Part shown: piece by piece, positions 36,370 through 56,950 of the stretch
How positions within the stretch are numbered: the stretch's first letter is position 1
Layout: every line of letters starts with the position of its first letter
Assembly: GCA_951406725.2 (NCBI GenBank)
Contig: OX597841.1
Span: 682,001 to 746,000 of the forward strand
Length of the DNA stretch: 64,000 nucleotides
Direction of reading: 5' to 3'
Source of the DNA: Octopus vulgaris
Lineage: Eukaryota
Translations under genes and position numbers: made by a program
Notes under the pieces: generated by a model
Told to the model about the DNA's origin: nothing
What the model saw: the letters and a program-made list of their open reading frames with translations, nothing else
Databases searched by the model: none

Positions 36370-36420
36370 AGCTTCCTGAAGATTTCATCTGAATGAAACA
36401 GTTCTAGTCCTGTAGAAGCT
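36370..36420 (+). ncRNA. Type I hammerhead-like ribozyme with a U.U mismatch at the base of stem II
   Basis: AGCTTC-CTGAAGA-T TTC atct GAA T-GAA ACAG ttctagtc CTGT A-GAAGCT: 6-bp stem I, 4-bp stem III, GUA triplet. Confidence 0.65.
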
Positions 36421-36430
36421 CCTTCTATAA

Positions 36431-36474
<44 letters not shown>

Positions 36475-36789
36475 GTGTGTGTGTGAGGTATATTTGTCAT
36501 CTCAATATGGCTAACCACTAAAGGTGGGTGTGTTGCTGTAGCTTGTAGCCCCAGGAGAACATCTACAACAGCTGGCTTTAGGCACGCTTTCTGTGCCTTT
36601 AAGTTATTTGAAAATATCTTAAGAGCACCGAAAGCGTGCCTATTGCCAGCTGGAGGAGATGTTCTCCTGGGGCTACAAGCTACAGTAACACCCACTCTTA
36701 GTGGTTAGCCATATTGAGATGGCAAATATACCTCACGTTGTCGTTCAGTTACTGTTTATACTTCGTTCAGAGATTTATTGTATATATAT

Positions 36790-37725
36790 ATATGCATATG
36801 TTTTATTTCTTTAATTAATATATTATACGACTAAACGCACGCACCCTCTTAAGTAAGATTGTTCTGTATATCAAGTTCGCCTTGATATTAACTCTCACGC
36901 GCACTCTGCTCTTTCTTTCTTTCTTTCTTTCTTTCTATCCCATCCCCTTTTCGTCTTTTTTCCCTCACTTAACTTGTCTCCTCCTCTCTCTCTCATTCTT
37001 CATTCTCTCTCTCCCCCTCACCATTCTTCATGGTCTCCTCGCACCATTCCCTTTCTTCTCTCCCTTCCTCTTGCTCCTCCTCCCCCATTCCCGTCGTCCA
37101 TCTGCGACGATACTTCCGCCGTAACTGCTAACGGTCTTTCTCGCCCGCCTTTTAAGGCTACTGGACGACTTTTCCTGCTCTCTCGTCGTTCACAAAAAAT
37201 TAGCGTTTGCAATACTTTTTTCGTTCGGCGTCAACAGCCCTTCTTATCTTGTTCTCCCTGTCCTGTCTTTTACTATTATATTTTTTTACTGTTTATATAT
37301 ATATTTTTATACTGTTTATATTTTTGTACTGTCGTTACTGTCTCGTTTTTTTACCGTTTTCTTACCATTTTTTTACCATTTTTTACCCCTCTGCGAAAAG
37401 ATCTCAGAATTTTAATTGATTTGCTTTTCGCAGGAAGGAAAGTTTCTTGTCGAAGATACGTCTCGCTTTTATCCTTCGAAACGTAGAGTAGATGAAACCT
37501 TAGCGACTGAATAAGGGGTTTTTTCGTTCTGTTAACTGTCCTGTACTCCATTTTTTGTTGTTTTTAAAAAAACGTCCTGTTCCTTTGGTTTGTGTCTATG
37601 TTTGCGTTTCTCTATGTGTTCGACGTCCCTTTGGTGTCCTGTACTCATATATGCGTGTATATGTACATGTAGAGGTAGGTACGTACATATATGTTTATAT
37701 ATATGCATATGTTTTATTTCTTTTA

Positions 37726-37730
<5 letters not shown>
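36790..37730 (+). mobile_element. ~0.95-kb element inserted in (TA)n, possibly a Penelope-type terminal repeat
   Basis: Present only in the right arm (empty (TA)n at 32566-32605). Both ends carry atatgcatatg(c)ttttatttcttt; contains tgtcgaaga...ttcgaaacgta. Confidence 0.5.
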
Positions 37731-37779
<49 letters not shown>

Positions 37780-38779
37780 CGTGGTCACCGTGACCGACCA
37801 TGCTATCACATGTTGCTACACATCGCTGGTCACAATGTGCTTCGCATTGTTTTAGCCTTCAAATGACGCCACCCCGCTGGCTAAGCAAGCAGGCCAACAG
37901 AAGAAAGAGTGAAAGAAAGTAATGGCGAAAGAGTACAGCATGGATCGCCACCAGCCACTGTCAGAGCCTCGTGGAGCCTTAGGTGTCTTCGCTCAATAAA
38001 CCCTCACAAAGCCCGGTCTGGGAATCGAAACCGCGATCCTACAACCGCGAGTCCGCTGCCCTAACAAATGGTCCATTGCGCCTCCACACACACACACACA
38101 CACACACATATATAAGTTTGTACGGAAAGAGGTTGTTTTATCCTAGGGATAAGTTTTATCCAAGTGTACACCAGTTTTGCTCTATATCGACTAACGATAT
38201 TGGAAGTTCTATATATGTATATATACTAGGGGATACCGTTGGTTCTTCTTTGATATTAATCACTTATACTTCTGAAATTCCAGTTGTCTCTACAGAGGTT
38301 AACGTTATTTTACATAAAGGATAAAAGATTTTAACAATATATATAAACTGCTATAAGATCGACTTCATCACGAACTTAAGGATTAAATTCGAAATCAGAA
38401 TACTAGCCGTTTATTATTCTTTTCTTGTATTTATTTCAGTTATTTGACAGCGGCCATGCTGGAGCACCGCCTTTAGTAGAACAAATCAACTTCAGGCCTT
38501 ATTCTTTGTAAGCCTAGTACTTATTCTATCGGTCTCTTTTGCCGACCCACAAAGTTACGGCGACGTAAACATACCAGCATCGTTTATCAAGCGATGTTGG
38601 TGGGGAGGGTGGCAAGCACACGCATAAAAACACACACACACACATACATACAGTAAGTGACACACTCACACACACACACGACATGTTTCTTTCGGTTCCC
38701 GCCTACTAAATCGACTCACAAGAGTTTGGTAGAAGACACTTACCTAAGGTGCAACGCATTTAGTATGAACTAGAACAGC

Positions 38780-38810
<31 letters not shown>

Positions 38811-38861
38811 GCTCTGTCTGTGGGGTCAGAGAAAGCCAATCACAACTCGAAAGACGGACTT

Positions 38862-39798
38862 CGAATATTTATATGGATTCTTTATTAACAGGTAATTCTT
38901 TTCCTACTGGGATCACTAGTGGTGGTCAGCAGGATTGGATGGACGTGAACAACTTAGAATATTTATATGGATTCTTTATTAACAGGTAATACTTGACCTA
39001 CTGGGATCAATATTGGTGGTCAGCAGGATTGGATGGACGTTAACAAATTTGAATATTTATATGGATTCTTTATTAACAGGTAATACTTGACCTACTGGGA
39101 TCACTAGTGGTGGTCAGCAGGATTGGATGGACGTTAACCAGTTAGAATATTTATATGGATTCTTTATTAACAGGTAATACTTGACCTACTGGGATCACTA
39201 GTGGTGATCAGCAGGATTGGATGGACGTTAACAACTTTGAATCGTTATATGGATTCTTTATTAACATTTAATACTTGACCTACTGGGATCACGAGTGGTG
39301 GTCAGAAGGATTGGATGGACGTTAACAAATTAGAATATTTATATGGATTCTCTATTAACAGGTAATAATTATCCTACTGGGATCACTAGTGGTGGTCAGC
39401 AGGATTGGATGGACGTTAACAACACAGAATATTTCTATGGATTCTTTATCAACAGGTAATACTTGACCTACTGGGATCACTAGTGGTGGTCAGGAGGATT
39501 GGATGGACGTTAACCACTTAGAATATTTATATGGATTCTTTATTAAAAGGTAATACTTATCCTACTGGGATCAATGTGGTGGTCAGCAGGATTGGATGGA
39601 CGTTAACAACTTTGAATATTTATATGGATTCTTTATTAACAGGTAATACTTGACCTACTGGTATCACTAGTGGTAGTCAGCAGGATTGGATGGACGTTAA
39701 CAACACAGAATATTTATATGGATTCTTTATTAACAGGTAATACTTGACCTACTGAGATCACTAGTGGTGGTCAGCAGGATTGGATTGACGTTAACAAC
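38862..39798 (-). repeat. 94-bp tandem repeat x10 in the gene C 3' UTR
   Basis: Reverse complement of the 30.6-31.4 kb unit; ten copies with more unit-to-unit variation. Confidence 0.95.
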
Positions 39799-39826
39799 AA
39801 CAATAGTATCATGTGCTGGATAAATT

Positions 39827-47111
<7,285 letters not shown>

Positions 47112-47760
47112 CACTTCTTGATGAATGAAGGAAAACTGCGATATTCTTGTTCACCGGAAGGAGTTAGAAGGGGGAAAGAAATGGCATGAAATAGAGAGAG
47201 AGAGAGAGGAGAGAGATTTGAAAAGAGACAGAAGGGAGTTTTATATGTAAGGGGAAAATGCGTCAGAGGGTATTTCTGAAGATGAGGAAATATTAGAGAG
47301 TAAGTGGGAGAAATCCTGGAAGAGAGAAAATCCTGAAATGACAAGATGGAGAACGTTTGCGTGTGAGAGGAAGGGTGCTTGCAAAAAAAGAGAAACGGAT
47401 TTGAAATAAGTTATAATTTAGGATAGTCTGTCTGTCTGTCTGTCTCTCTCCCTAGGTATGTGTTTGTGTATGTGCTTGCATGCATGTGTGACCCTCTGGA
47501 TCTCTCGGCATACCAGCAAACCACAAAATCCCCCCAGCCGGACACACCACTGCCACCAAGCTCATCATGTATATGTATGTATGCATGTATGTATGTATGT
47601 ATGTATGTATGTAGGTATGCATGTATGCATGCATGTATGTATGTACGTATGCATGTATGTATGTACGTATGTATGCATGTATGCAGGCATGTATGTATGT
47701 ATGCATGTATGTATGTATGTATGTATATATGCATGTTTGTATGTATGTATTATGTATGTA

Positions 47761-47811
<51 letters not shown>

Positions 47812-48461
47812 ATGTCTGTGTTTGTCCCACCACCAACATTGCTTCACACCGATGTTGGTGTGTTTGTGTCTCTGTTAATTTGGATGTTCAGCAGAAGAGA
47901 CTGATAGAATAAACACCAGGCTTACAGGGAATAAGTCCAAGGGTAAACTTCTTCGACTAAAGGGTGGTGCTCTAGCATGGCCACTCTCAATTGACTGAAA
48001 CAAGTAGAAGAATAAAAGAATACCAGAAAAACGTTCCGTAACACGAAACCAAGAAGGTTCTTTGAATACGTACGATGTATTTTAAGGTTAAATAGTGATT
48101 CCGTTTACGTTTTTGTATCTGAGATATTTTGGTTGGATTATGTAGTCGTTGGTGTTACATTACTTTCTACATTCTGTAATTATCACAATATACTTTTCTA
48201 GGCTTGAAATTTATGTTGTGAGTGTACCAGTTGATTACATCGACCTCAGTACACAACTGGTACTTAATTTACCGAGCTCCAAAAGACGAAAGGATGTAAT
48301 AAAAATGAGTGGAAATTAGACTAACAACTAAAGAAATACATTTTAAAGTATCTCGATCTCTTTAACTTGAGCCGATTATTCTTCATTATGCGAGCGCGTG
48401 TATGTATGCATGTGCATGTGTGTGCGTGTCTATGTGTGCTACATGTTCATTTGTTTTGCAG

Positions 48462-49193
48462 GTGAAACTAGTGATTAGCGAAAACAAAACCAATGTGGTA
48501 ACTATGATATTTAATGGACGAAATACAACCATTGAAAGCTGGTTCTCTCGGAAAAACTTGAAAAGTTCACCATGGAACGACCTGGCTTCAGCCACCGGAC
48601 TTGAATTCTCAATTAACGGACTCGGGTATGTTTATATATTTTCTTTTCTTGTGACGTAGAGATTGTCTTATTATGTAGAGACTTATAGATTTAAAATCAC
48701 TTTTCGTTTGTTTCTCATATATTTCAACGCTATACATTTAAACGCGAAACGTTCTGAAGACGAACAACGCATTTTCAGGCTTTCAACATTATATCTTCAT
48801 TTATTATCATATACAGAATTCAAATGGGAGCAAATATAGCTTCCGTCGCTAACATTAAAATCTATCGAGCCTTCTGGATACTGCAGCACAGGTGATTTGT
48901 TGAGAACAATTTTTCTCTATCAGTCGAGATTAAATAATACTTGGCATGTGGATGCCAAAAGCTATTTTACTATTTACTCTTTACTCTTTTACTTGTTTCA
49001 GTCACTTGACTGCGGCCATGCTGGAGGACCGCCTTTAATCGAGCAACACGACCCCGGGACTTATTCTTTTGTAAGCCCAGTATTTATTCTATCTGTCTTT
49101 TTTGCCGAACCGCTAAGTAACGGGGACATAAACACACCAGCATCGGTTGTCAAGCAATGCTAGGGGGACAAACACAACATACAAACACACACA

Positions 49194-49237
<44 letters not shown>

Positions 49238-50853
49238 TACGACGGGCTTCTCTCAGTTTCCGTCTACCAAATCCACTCACAAGGCTTTGGTCGGCCCGAG
49301 GCTATAGTAGAAGACACTTGCCCAAAGTGCCACACAGTGGGACTGAACCCGGAACCATGTGGTTGGTAAACAAGCTACTTACCACACAGCCACTCCTGCG
49401 CCGATGCTTTTCAAAAGAAACAGAAATACTGATTAAGCAACCCCACTGCCGCTGCTAGAGACTCTTTATCTCTTAATAATACATTTCTGTATTTTCAACA
49501 CCACACGTCTAAATGATATGCTTTCTCTTCACCAATTGTGTAGTTTCCTGGCTTTCACGTCAAAAGGCATGTTTTAAAGTGCGAAACACGAAAATATACA
49601 TTCACCTTAAAATGAATAATATAATTAAATTTATTTGTCTCTGTTCCTTTTAAGTATTATTATATTCTATTATATTTATTTCACTTGGCGCTTTGCTAAG
49701 ATGTTCAACACGGGAAAATATTATCGTTTATATGTTCGAGCGTTTTGTAGATTTTTTGCTAAATTGTATGCCTCGTGTGTACTTTTGCCTTTCCTTACAT
49801 TTTCACATTTGCACAAATCTGCGCGCGTGTGTGTGTATGTATGTGTGTGCATATGTATCTGCCTGTGGGTGTGCGTTTGCGTATGTCTGTATTTCTGTAT
49901 ATATGTCGTTTATATGTATGTGAGTGCTTACGAACGCATCTTTAGAGTAAGATAGATCTCATTTGAAATGGAATCTATAGACGGGCCAGTGGGCTGCCAC
50001 TGCACATTCTAACATCTATGTAGCATACATAACGTACATACACTCTCGACAGGCCAATTACTGCAATATTTGTGTCCTGAAATAACATCTTTTGCTCTCA
50101 CTGGCCGCTGCTGGAACGAATTTCGGTGTCTATCCGATAGACAGCAAATCCATAATACATGCTATTTCAGGAAAAATACTACAGTAAATAGTCTATCGAG
50201 AGTGTGTATATACATTAAGTATGATACACATCTCTATTTTAATTAAATTCTGATTGATTTAACTGCATATAGCAGACATAATGGTATGTTTACTAGAAGT
50301 TTAGATTTTCATATTCTGAAACCCAAACAAGTTTTTTTCTTTTTCTAACTCCTTAGTCTTACACGTCGCTTCTATATAACACTACATGGTTATTGTGAAG
50401 GGGACAGAGGCTGGTTAACCATCAATGAGGGACCACTTTACTGTCAGTACGAAAAGTCAGATCACTACCCTTCAAATCGTTATTCTGATACACAATCAAA
50501 AGTCATATGGAACAACGGTAAGTGATATTGTATCTTCTGTGTGTGTGTGAGTGTGTGTGTGTGTGTGTTTTACTGTGAGTAGTAGTACTAAAAGTTAATT
50601 TTGTACTTATTGTTTAGCGGCCAATCAGCCTTGATTCAACTGATTTATATTCAAAGGCGTTCCATCAGTGACCGACCTACAAAACGATGCGGAGATTCGG
50701 CTGCCATTTCTTGTAATTCGAGTGACCACCTATAAAGCCATCCCATGATATATTTGAATGTGTTTTTGTTGTTGATGTTTATATTTGTTACTTGCAGGTT
50801 ATGCATTAGCAGACTCCATGGCCATATTCATCCGCCTGAGGCAGCAGAACTAA
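48462..50853 (+). pseudogene. Orphan paralog E: exons 3-5, near-identical to gene A, lacking exons 1-2
   Basis: Exons 48462-48625, 50357-50517, 50798-50853 with intact frame and splice sites. Part of the segmental duplication. Upstream sequence is SINE/microsatellite followed by gene C on the opposite strand. Confidence 0.78.
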
Positions 50854-51086
50854 CCCAGTACATGATACCCATTGAAACTATTGATGTTGTTAACGTCCAT
50901 CCAATCCAGCTGACCACCACTGGTGAGCCGCATAAGTCAAGTAATACCTGTTAATAAAGAATCCATACAAATATTCTATCCAGCATCGGTCTTTTGAGTT
51001 GTGATTTTCATTCTCTTTTTCTACAGATAGAGAGAGAAAGAAAGAGAGATACAGAGCTGTTGTTATTCCAGCTTACGAGTGTCCAG

Positions 51087-51136
<50 letters not shown>

Positions 51137-53946
51137 AGTTTTTTGTATGTGTGCGTGTGTGTAGATATTTCAGGACTTGCCTCTGTGTTGAGCGAAAACT
51201 GCCAGCAAATGAAGATTATCTGAACTATCTATACTACAATGGAGAAAACTTCTTATTAATTAGGCATGTGACGATAATTAAAGTACTAAAAAAACGCAAT
51301 TATTAAAGGGCTAACTGTCTGGAAATATTTTTAAAGAAATTTCCCATAACTTCCATTTCTCAAGTTTCTTGGAGTATTTTTCAACTCTCATTTCTCGCAA
51401 ATTTAAATATTCATTGCATTCACTGCGTCCAGTTAATCACAATTTAAAATATTCTTTGCATTCCCTGCGTCCAATTAATCACAAATTTAAGTATTCTTTG
51501 CATTGACTGAAGAGTATTCTATTCTCATTTGCAATGCCTCTCACTTACTATTTTAAATTTTTATTTGCTATTTGGAAAACCGACAGTTTATTCTATTAAT
51601 ATAATGCATAATTTATTAGTTATTGAATGGAAATTTTAAAAATACCCGTATAATTTTTGAATGTTGGATAGCTCTGAGAAGAACCTCGAAATTTGGCTTA
51701 TTACTATTAGAAGACAAGAAGAAAACATTTACCGACAAGTACTCGAAACCTGCACCTTATTCACGGTTTCCCAATACTCGGTTCCACTAAACCAATATTT
51801 ACACAAGTTGGCGGCGAGCTGGCAGAACCGTTAACAGGGTGGGCGAAATGCGTAGCCGTATTTCGTCTGCCGCTACGTTCTGAGTTCAAATTCCACCGAG
51901 GTCTAACTTGCCTTTCATCCTTTCGGGGTCGATTAAATAAATACCAGTTACGCACTGGGGTCGATATAATCGACTTAATCCGTTTGTCTGTCCTTGTCCC
52001 CTCTATGTTTAGCCCCTTGTGGATAGTAAAGAAATAGTTACTACTTAAATATAGGTGTAACGTACAAAAAATTTTAAATGTACGCTGTGTGAACGGGTAA
52101 TGACTCTCTAACTCTAACTAACCTCAAAAACTGGCGCTAACCTTAACCCTAAAAACGAACCCTAACACTCACCCCTTCATTTCGTAACGTAGATACATCG
52201 GGACCTCTTTGAGGGAAAACATGTTAGATCGTGTGAATTTTCCAAAACTCCTCTCTCCATCCCATCGGAACAAATTCTCTCATAAATCCCTATATACTCT
52301 GAATTCACAACATCTTTGGAGTATTTATAGATACTTTGGTTAAAAAGTATCCATTTTTCTGCATGTCATGAGGCTACAAAGTCGGGAGCGTATACATGTA
52401 TAGTAGCGCCCTTTTATTTATACGATTTCTTCATTTCATGTTTATTTCCGTTCATTGTTTAGGGGAAGGTAAAAGTTGAAAGCCTGCTTCTCTCTGTGTT
52501 GTTGGACTAACGTGATGTTTACTTGAAAAAGAGAGATTATGACTGTGATGAATAAGGAAAATACTTATTAAGCAAGTGAACACTAGTACTCCCTGCTGCC
52601 ATGTGGGTTCATCTGGTACATCAGATAAACATTTCACAAATATAGGTTTCGGATCTCTGAGATTGTTTAGTAGAGTGCTGAAAGGATGTAGGCCTTTGAA
52701 ATCTTACAGCGCTAGGTCCTTACACTAGATGGAGAGGATGAGATATTTGGTACCTTACAATGATGTTCAATTTGGTTGTTGAGATTCGAAATCAGAACAC
52801 TAGAACTTTGATTAGGTTACAGTATATTTATTAAAATTCTAGCATTAGGTGGATTATGAATAAATGATCTTCAGATATTGACTAAAACTTGTGGTTATTA
52901 AATAAGTTATAACTAAATACATGTGGTACAAAGAACTTATTTTTGAGGCAAAACCATTGAAGCAAAATCATTGAACTGATCTAAGTACAATGACATTACT
53001 GGGATCTACCCCGTCATAGTTGAAAGCAGAAGAGCAACATTGAGGTCCCAACACATAGCAGAATATAACGAAACAAAACTTACCTTTGTTACAGATCACA
53101 CTAACAAATGTGTTTGAAAACGTTAACCACTGTCTACTGTTGTCGGTACTACCAACTGATGCCACTGAACTACCAAGGAATGTCTGCAAATGTTTGAATT
53201 GTTCAATAATGCCTTCAACTATTACTTAATCTTCACAGATGTCTCCACCGTCCACTACAGTCGTTACTGCCGTCTTGCTTCGAGTCTAATGCGCACAATT
53301 CTCAGTCGAATTAAAACTAAAATCGATTTAAAAAAAGCAAATTTTTGCAGACTTGAACAGACTTGAAACACACTTCTTTTGTCCTAGGAATCTTTAGAAG
53401 GCGTAGGTGTTGTTATTTTGTTGTTGTTGTTGGTGCTGGCCTTGGTGGTGGTCGTTGTTTGTAGTAGTAGTTGCAGTAAGGTTAGTAGTAATGATTGTTG
53501 CTTTCGGGTGGAGCTTTTAATGGGGCGTTGATAGGGATGTTGCATTGTGTTGGTGATGATGATTGTGGTGATGTTTTAAGGATATCATTACAGCAGTGTT
53601 GATATTTACGGTGTTAATTTTGCAAAAATGGTATGGGTGGTGGTAAGTGGATACAGTGGTTTATATTAATGTGGTGGCAAGATAGTGGTGGTAGCCTGTT
53701 GGTAGTGGTGGTAGTAGTGTTATTGGTGATGCGATGTTGTAGGATGGTAGATGTAGTGCTGGTGATAGTGGTGGTGGTAGTTCTGTCAATGTTACAGTTA
53801 TTGTTGTGGTTGTTTTTATGGTAGTGGCTGTGGTGGTGAAAGATATTAATGATGATAACGAAGTTGAGTTTATAGTTGTGCCATATTTTAGCAGTATAGG
53901 TGGTGGTTGGTAGTGATGGTAGATTAGTAGTAGTAGTAGTCGTAGC

Positions 53947-53979
<33 letters not shown>

Positions 53980-55080
53980 TTATTTACATATATATATATA
54001 CACACGGTAAGATACACACACACACACACACACACACGCATGCCCACGCACGCACAAACACACACAAACACACACACACACACACACTAACATACACAAA
54101 CATATATACAAACAAACACATCATACATGATATAAATGTACATGTATATACATGAACAGGGTATCGTGATAAAGTTGAATGAGGAAGCGTTAAGCATTGT
54201 AACCCTAGAAATATTAACCTGAATATGACAACAAACTAAGAAAATAAACAATTGATTTTGTTACAACAATACAAGGTGAAGCGTTCAGCTTTTCTTTTCT
54301 TTGTACCATTGTAAGTTCTGTGTTCATGAACTGGAAAAGGCAAGTTTCCTTTCTAAACAGTACGAATGTTGTACAGAAAATATGACAATAACAACTCTTT
54401 AATCGATATTGATTAGAGAAAGATTAACCATAATACTTACATCATGTAACTTAACTTTGAAGGTTTTTGAATTTTTGCATTTCGATGGGGAAAGCACCCA
54501 AAAAATCTACCAGGATTAGAGAGAGAAAGAGATAGAGAGAAATGTATGTATACACACCCACCCACACACACACACACACACATAATATATTGTGTAAGAT
54601 GTAAGTTAGAGGTAATGTAACCATCTACAGGATAGATGTATCCAAAGGCGCTCTTGGTATTACCTCAGTATGTATGACCCTTGTTATAAGGTATACGGTA
54701 GTAGGTAAATTAAAAGGTAAAACCGTGGTTTATATATATATATATAAAAACGATAAGAAAGGGAACAATAATAACAGTTAGAATTAGATCAAGGAAAAAA
54801 AGATGTAAAATGTTAGTTGATTCAATAGTCTTAAATTTCAGTGAGGTCCATAATTCCATATATCAGTTTTCCTTTCCTTTCCTTATACCTTCTTCCTACT
54901 GCCTTCTATTTATCTTTGCCATATAATCGTTCTGATGATGTCTGTCAATTGCAACGAAATAACTGTACGTTTACCCCAGCTTGATACACTGAAACAGCTG
55001 TAAGCATATTCTCATCATTATTAAATGACTTTAAAACACACATTGAGGTACTTCTAACAGTTATTGCTCCATTTCTTATC

Positions 55081-55165
<85 letters not shown>

Positions 55166-56657
55166 CAGAGAGAGAGAGACAGAGCGGGAGAGAGAGCGAT
55201 TGATAGAGAGAGAGATAATGATAGAATGAGAAAGAGGGAGAGACAAAAAGACAGACAGAGGACGAAAAGATGTTGAAATTTTGCTTGGAACAACCGCGTT
55301 TGTCAGTGGAGTGGTAAAGTGAACTGATGGAGGTGAGAGGGTACTGAGAAGATGAACATGTGAAAGGGGATTGGACAATGTAGGAGAAGAGGGGGGAACA
55401 TAATGAGAGATAATTACGTGTTTGTGAAGGAGGATATAATTTGAAGAATCGTAATCTACGATGTCTGTTGCAGATACACTCGAAGCAACATTTAACAGAA
55501 AGAGAAAGAAAGAAGCAAAGCAGTAACGTATTTTACAGCATAGAATCCGACAAAGTGAATGGCATAAGCATGTAGTGTAAGCATTTAAACACCGTCTCTA
55601 TCTTCCGAAATCTTACAGCATTTCACATAGAAATTTCTTTTTGGTTCCAAAGTCGTCTTGGTGTATAAGTCGACCTACAATTTGGGGTATAAATTTTGAT
55701 TTTAAAAATTCTGCTTGCATTCCGAAAGTAGGGTACAGACTAAATTTGTTGAAACAGAGCAGCAGGACCCTTTCAGATAGGAATACACATGGGTATATAT
55801 GAGAAACATAAAGGAAACAGTGTAGACTGAGCTGAATTGGGAGCTGAATTTGATCATAGATTTAGGGGACTCTTCCCCAACACACACACACACGATGGGT
55901 TTTCACACGTGCGCAGGTGGGGAGAAAGGTGGATTGGCATACTCATTAAAATATTATTTGCTTTATTAATCCTGTAGGTTTCTGAGACAAAATCACGCTG
56001 ATGTCAACTTTACCTGTCATCTAACCCTGATCGATAAAATAAAATATCAGTGAAATTCTTGGCTCCATAACAATTTATAACACACACCCTCCTATTTCAG
56101 GCATTGTCTAAATTAGAAAGTCCCAAGATATATATTCTTAGAGAAAGCACCAGATATTTTTCTTAGGTTTCTGGGGTTTGTATGCGTATAGAGGCGGGGC
56201 CGTCAGCATCACACATCCTAATCCAGTTCACTGGGGTTGAACAACTTCTAGCTTGTATCCCATTGGCATTAAAGTACGGATCTGCCCTAATTATCCAAAA
56301 ATAGTATCTAACCCTTTGCCTGTCGAAAGCCTGTTTATATGTTTGCCCTAAACGTGCACAGTTTAATTTAGACCTTCATTATGTTAATCTCTGAATCATA
56401 TAAAGGTTTTCTTTCCCAAAAGCCCAAGATGAGGACTTGTATAGCATATGAAGCATAGAAACAGAAGAAATATGTCTTGTGTATCACATGTGATACCAAG
56501 GCCAGGAAAAGACTGAAGATGAATGTTATAGAGTCTGTTGATGATTTTCTTTCCTTTATTAGCTTTTCATTATATGTAAACCTCAACAATTTCAGGTTGT
56601 CAGTGTTTTGTCTCCCTTATTCCTCGACGTGGTGGCAAATACATGAAATCATTATTA

Positions 56658-56752
<95 letters not shown>

Positions 56753-56770
56753 ATAATAATAATAATAATA

Positions 56771-56863
<93 letters not shown>

Positions 56864-56902
56864 ATTATAATAATAATAATAATAATAATAATAATTATTA
56901 TA

Positions 56903-56950
<48 letters not shown>

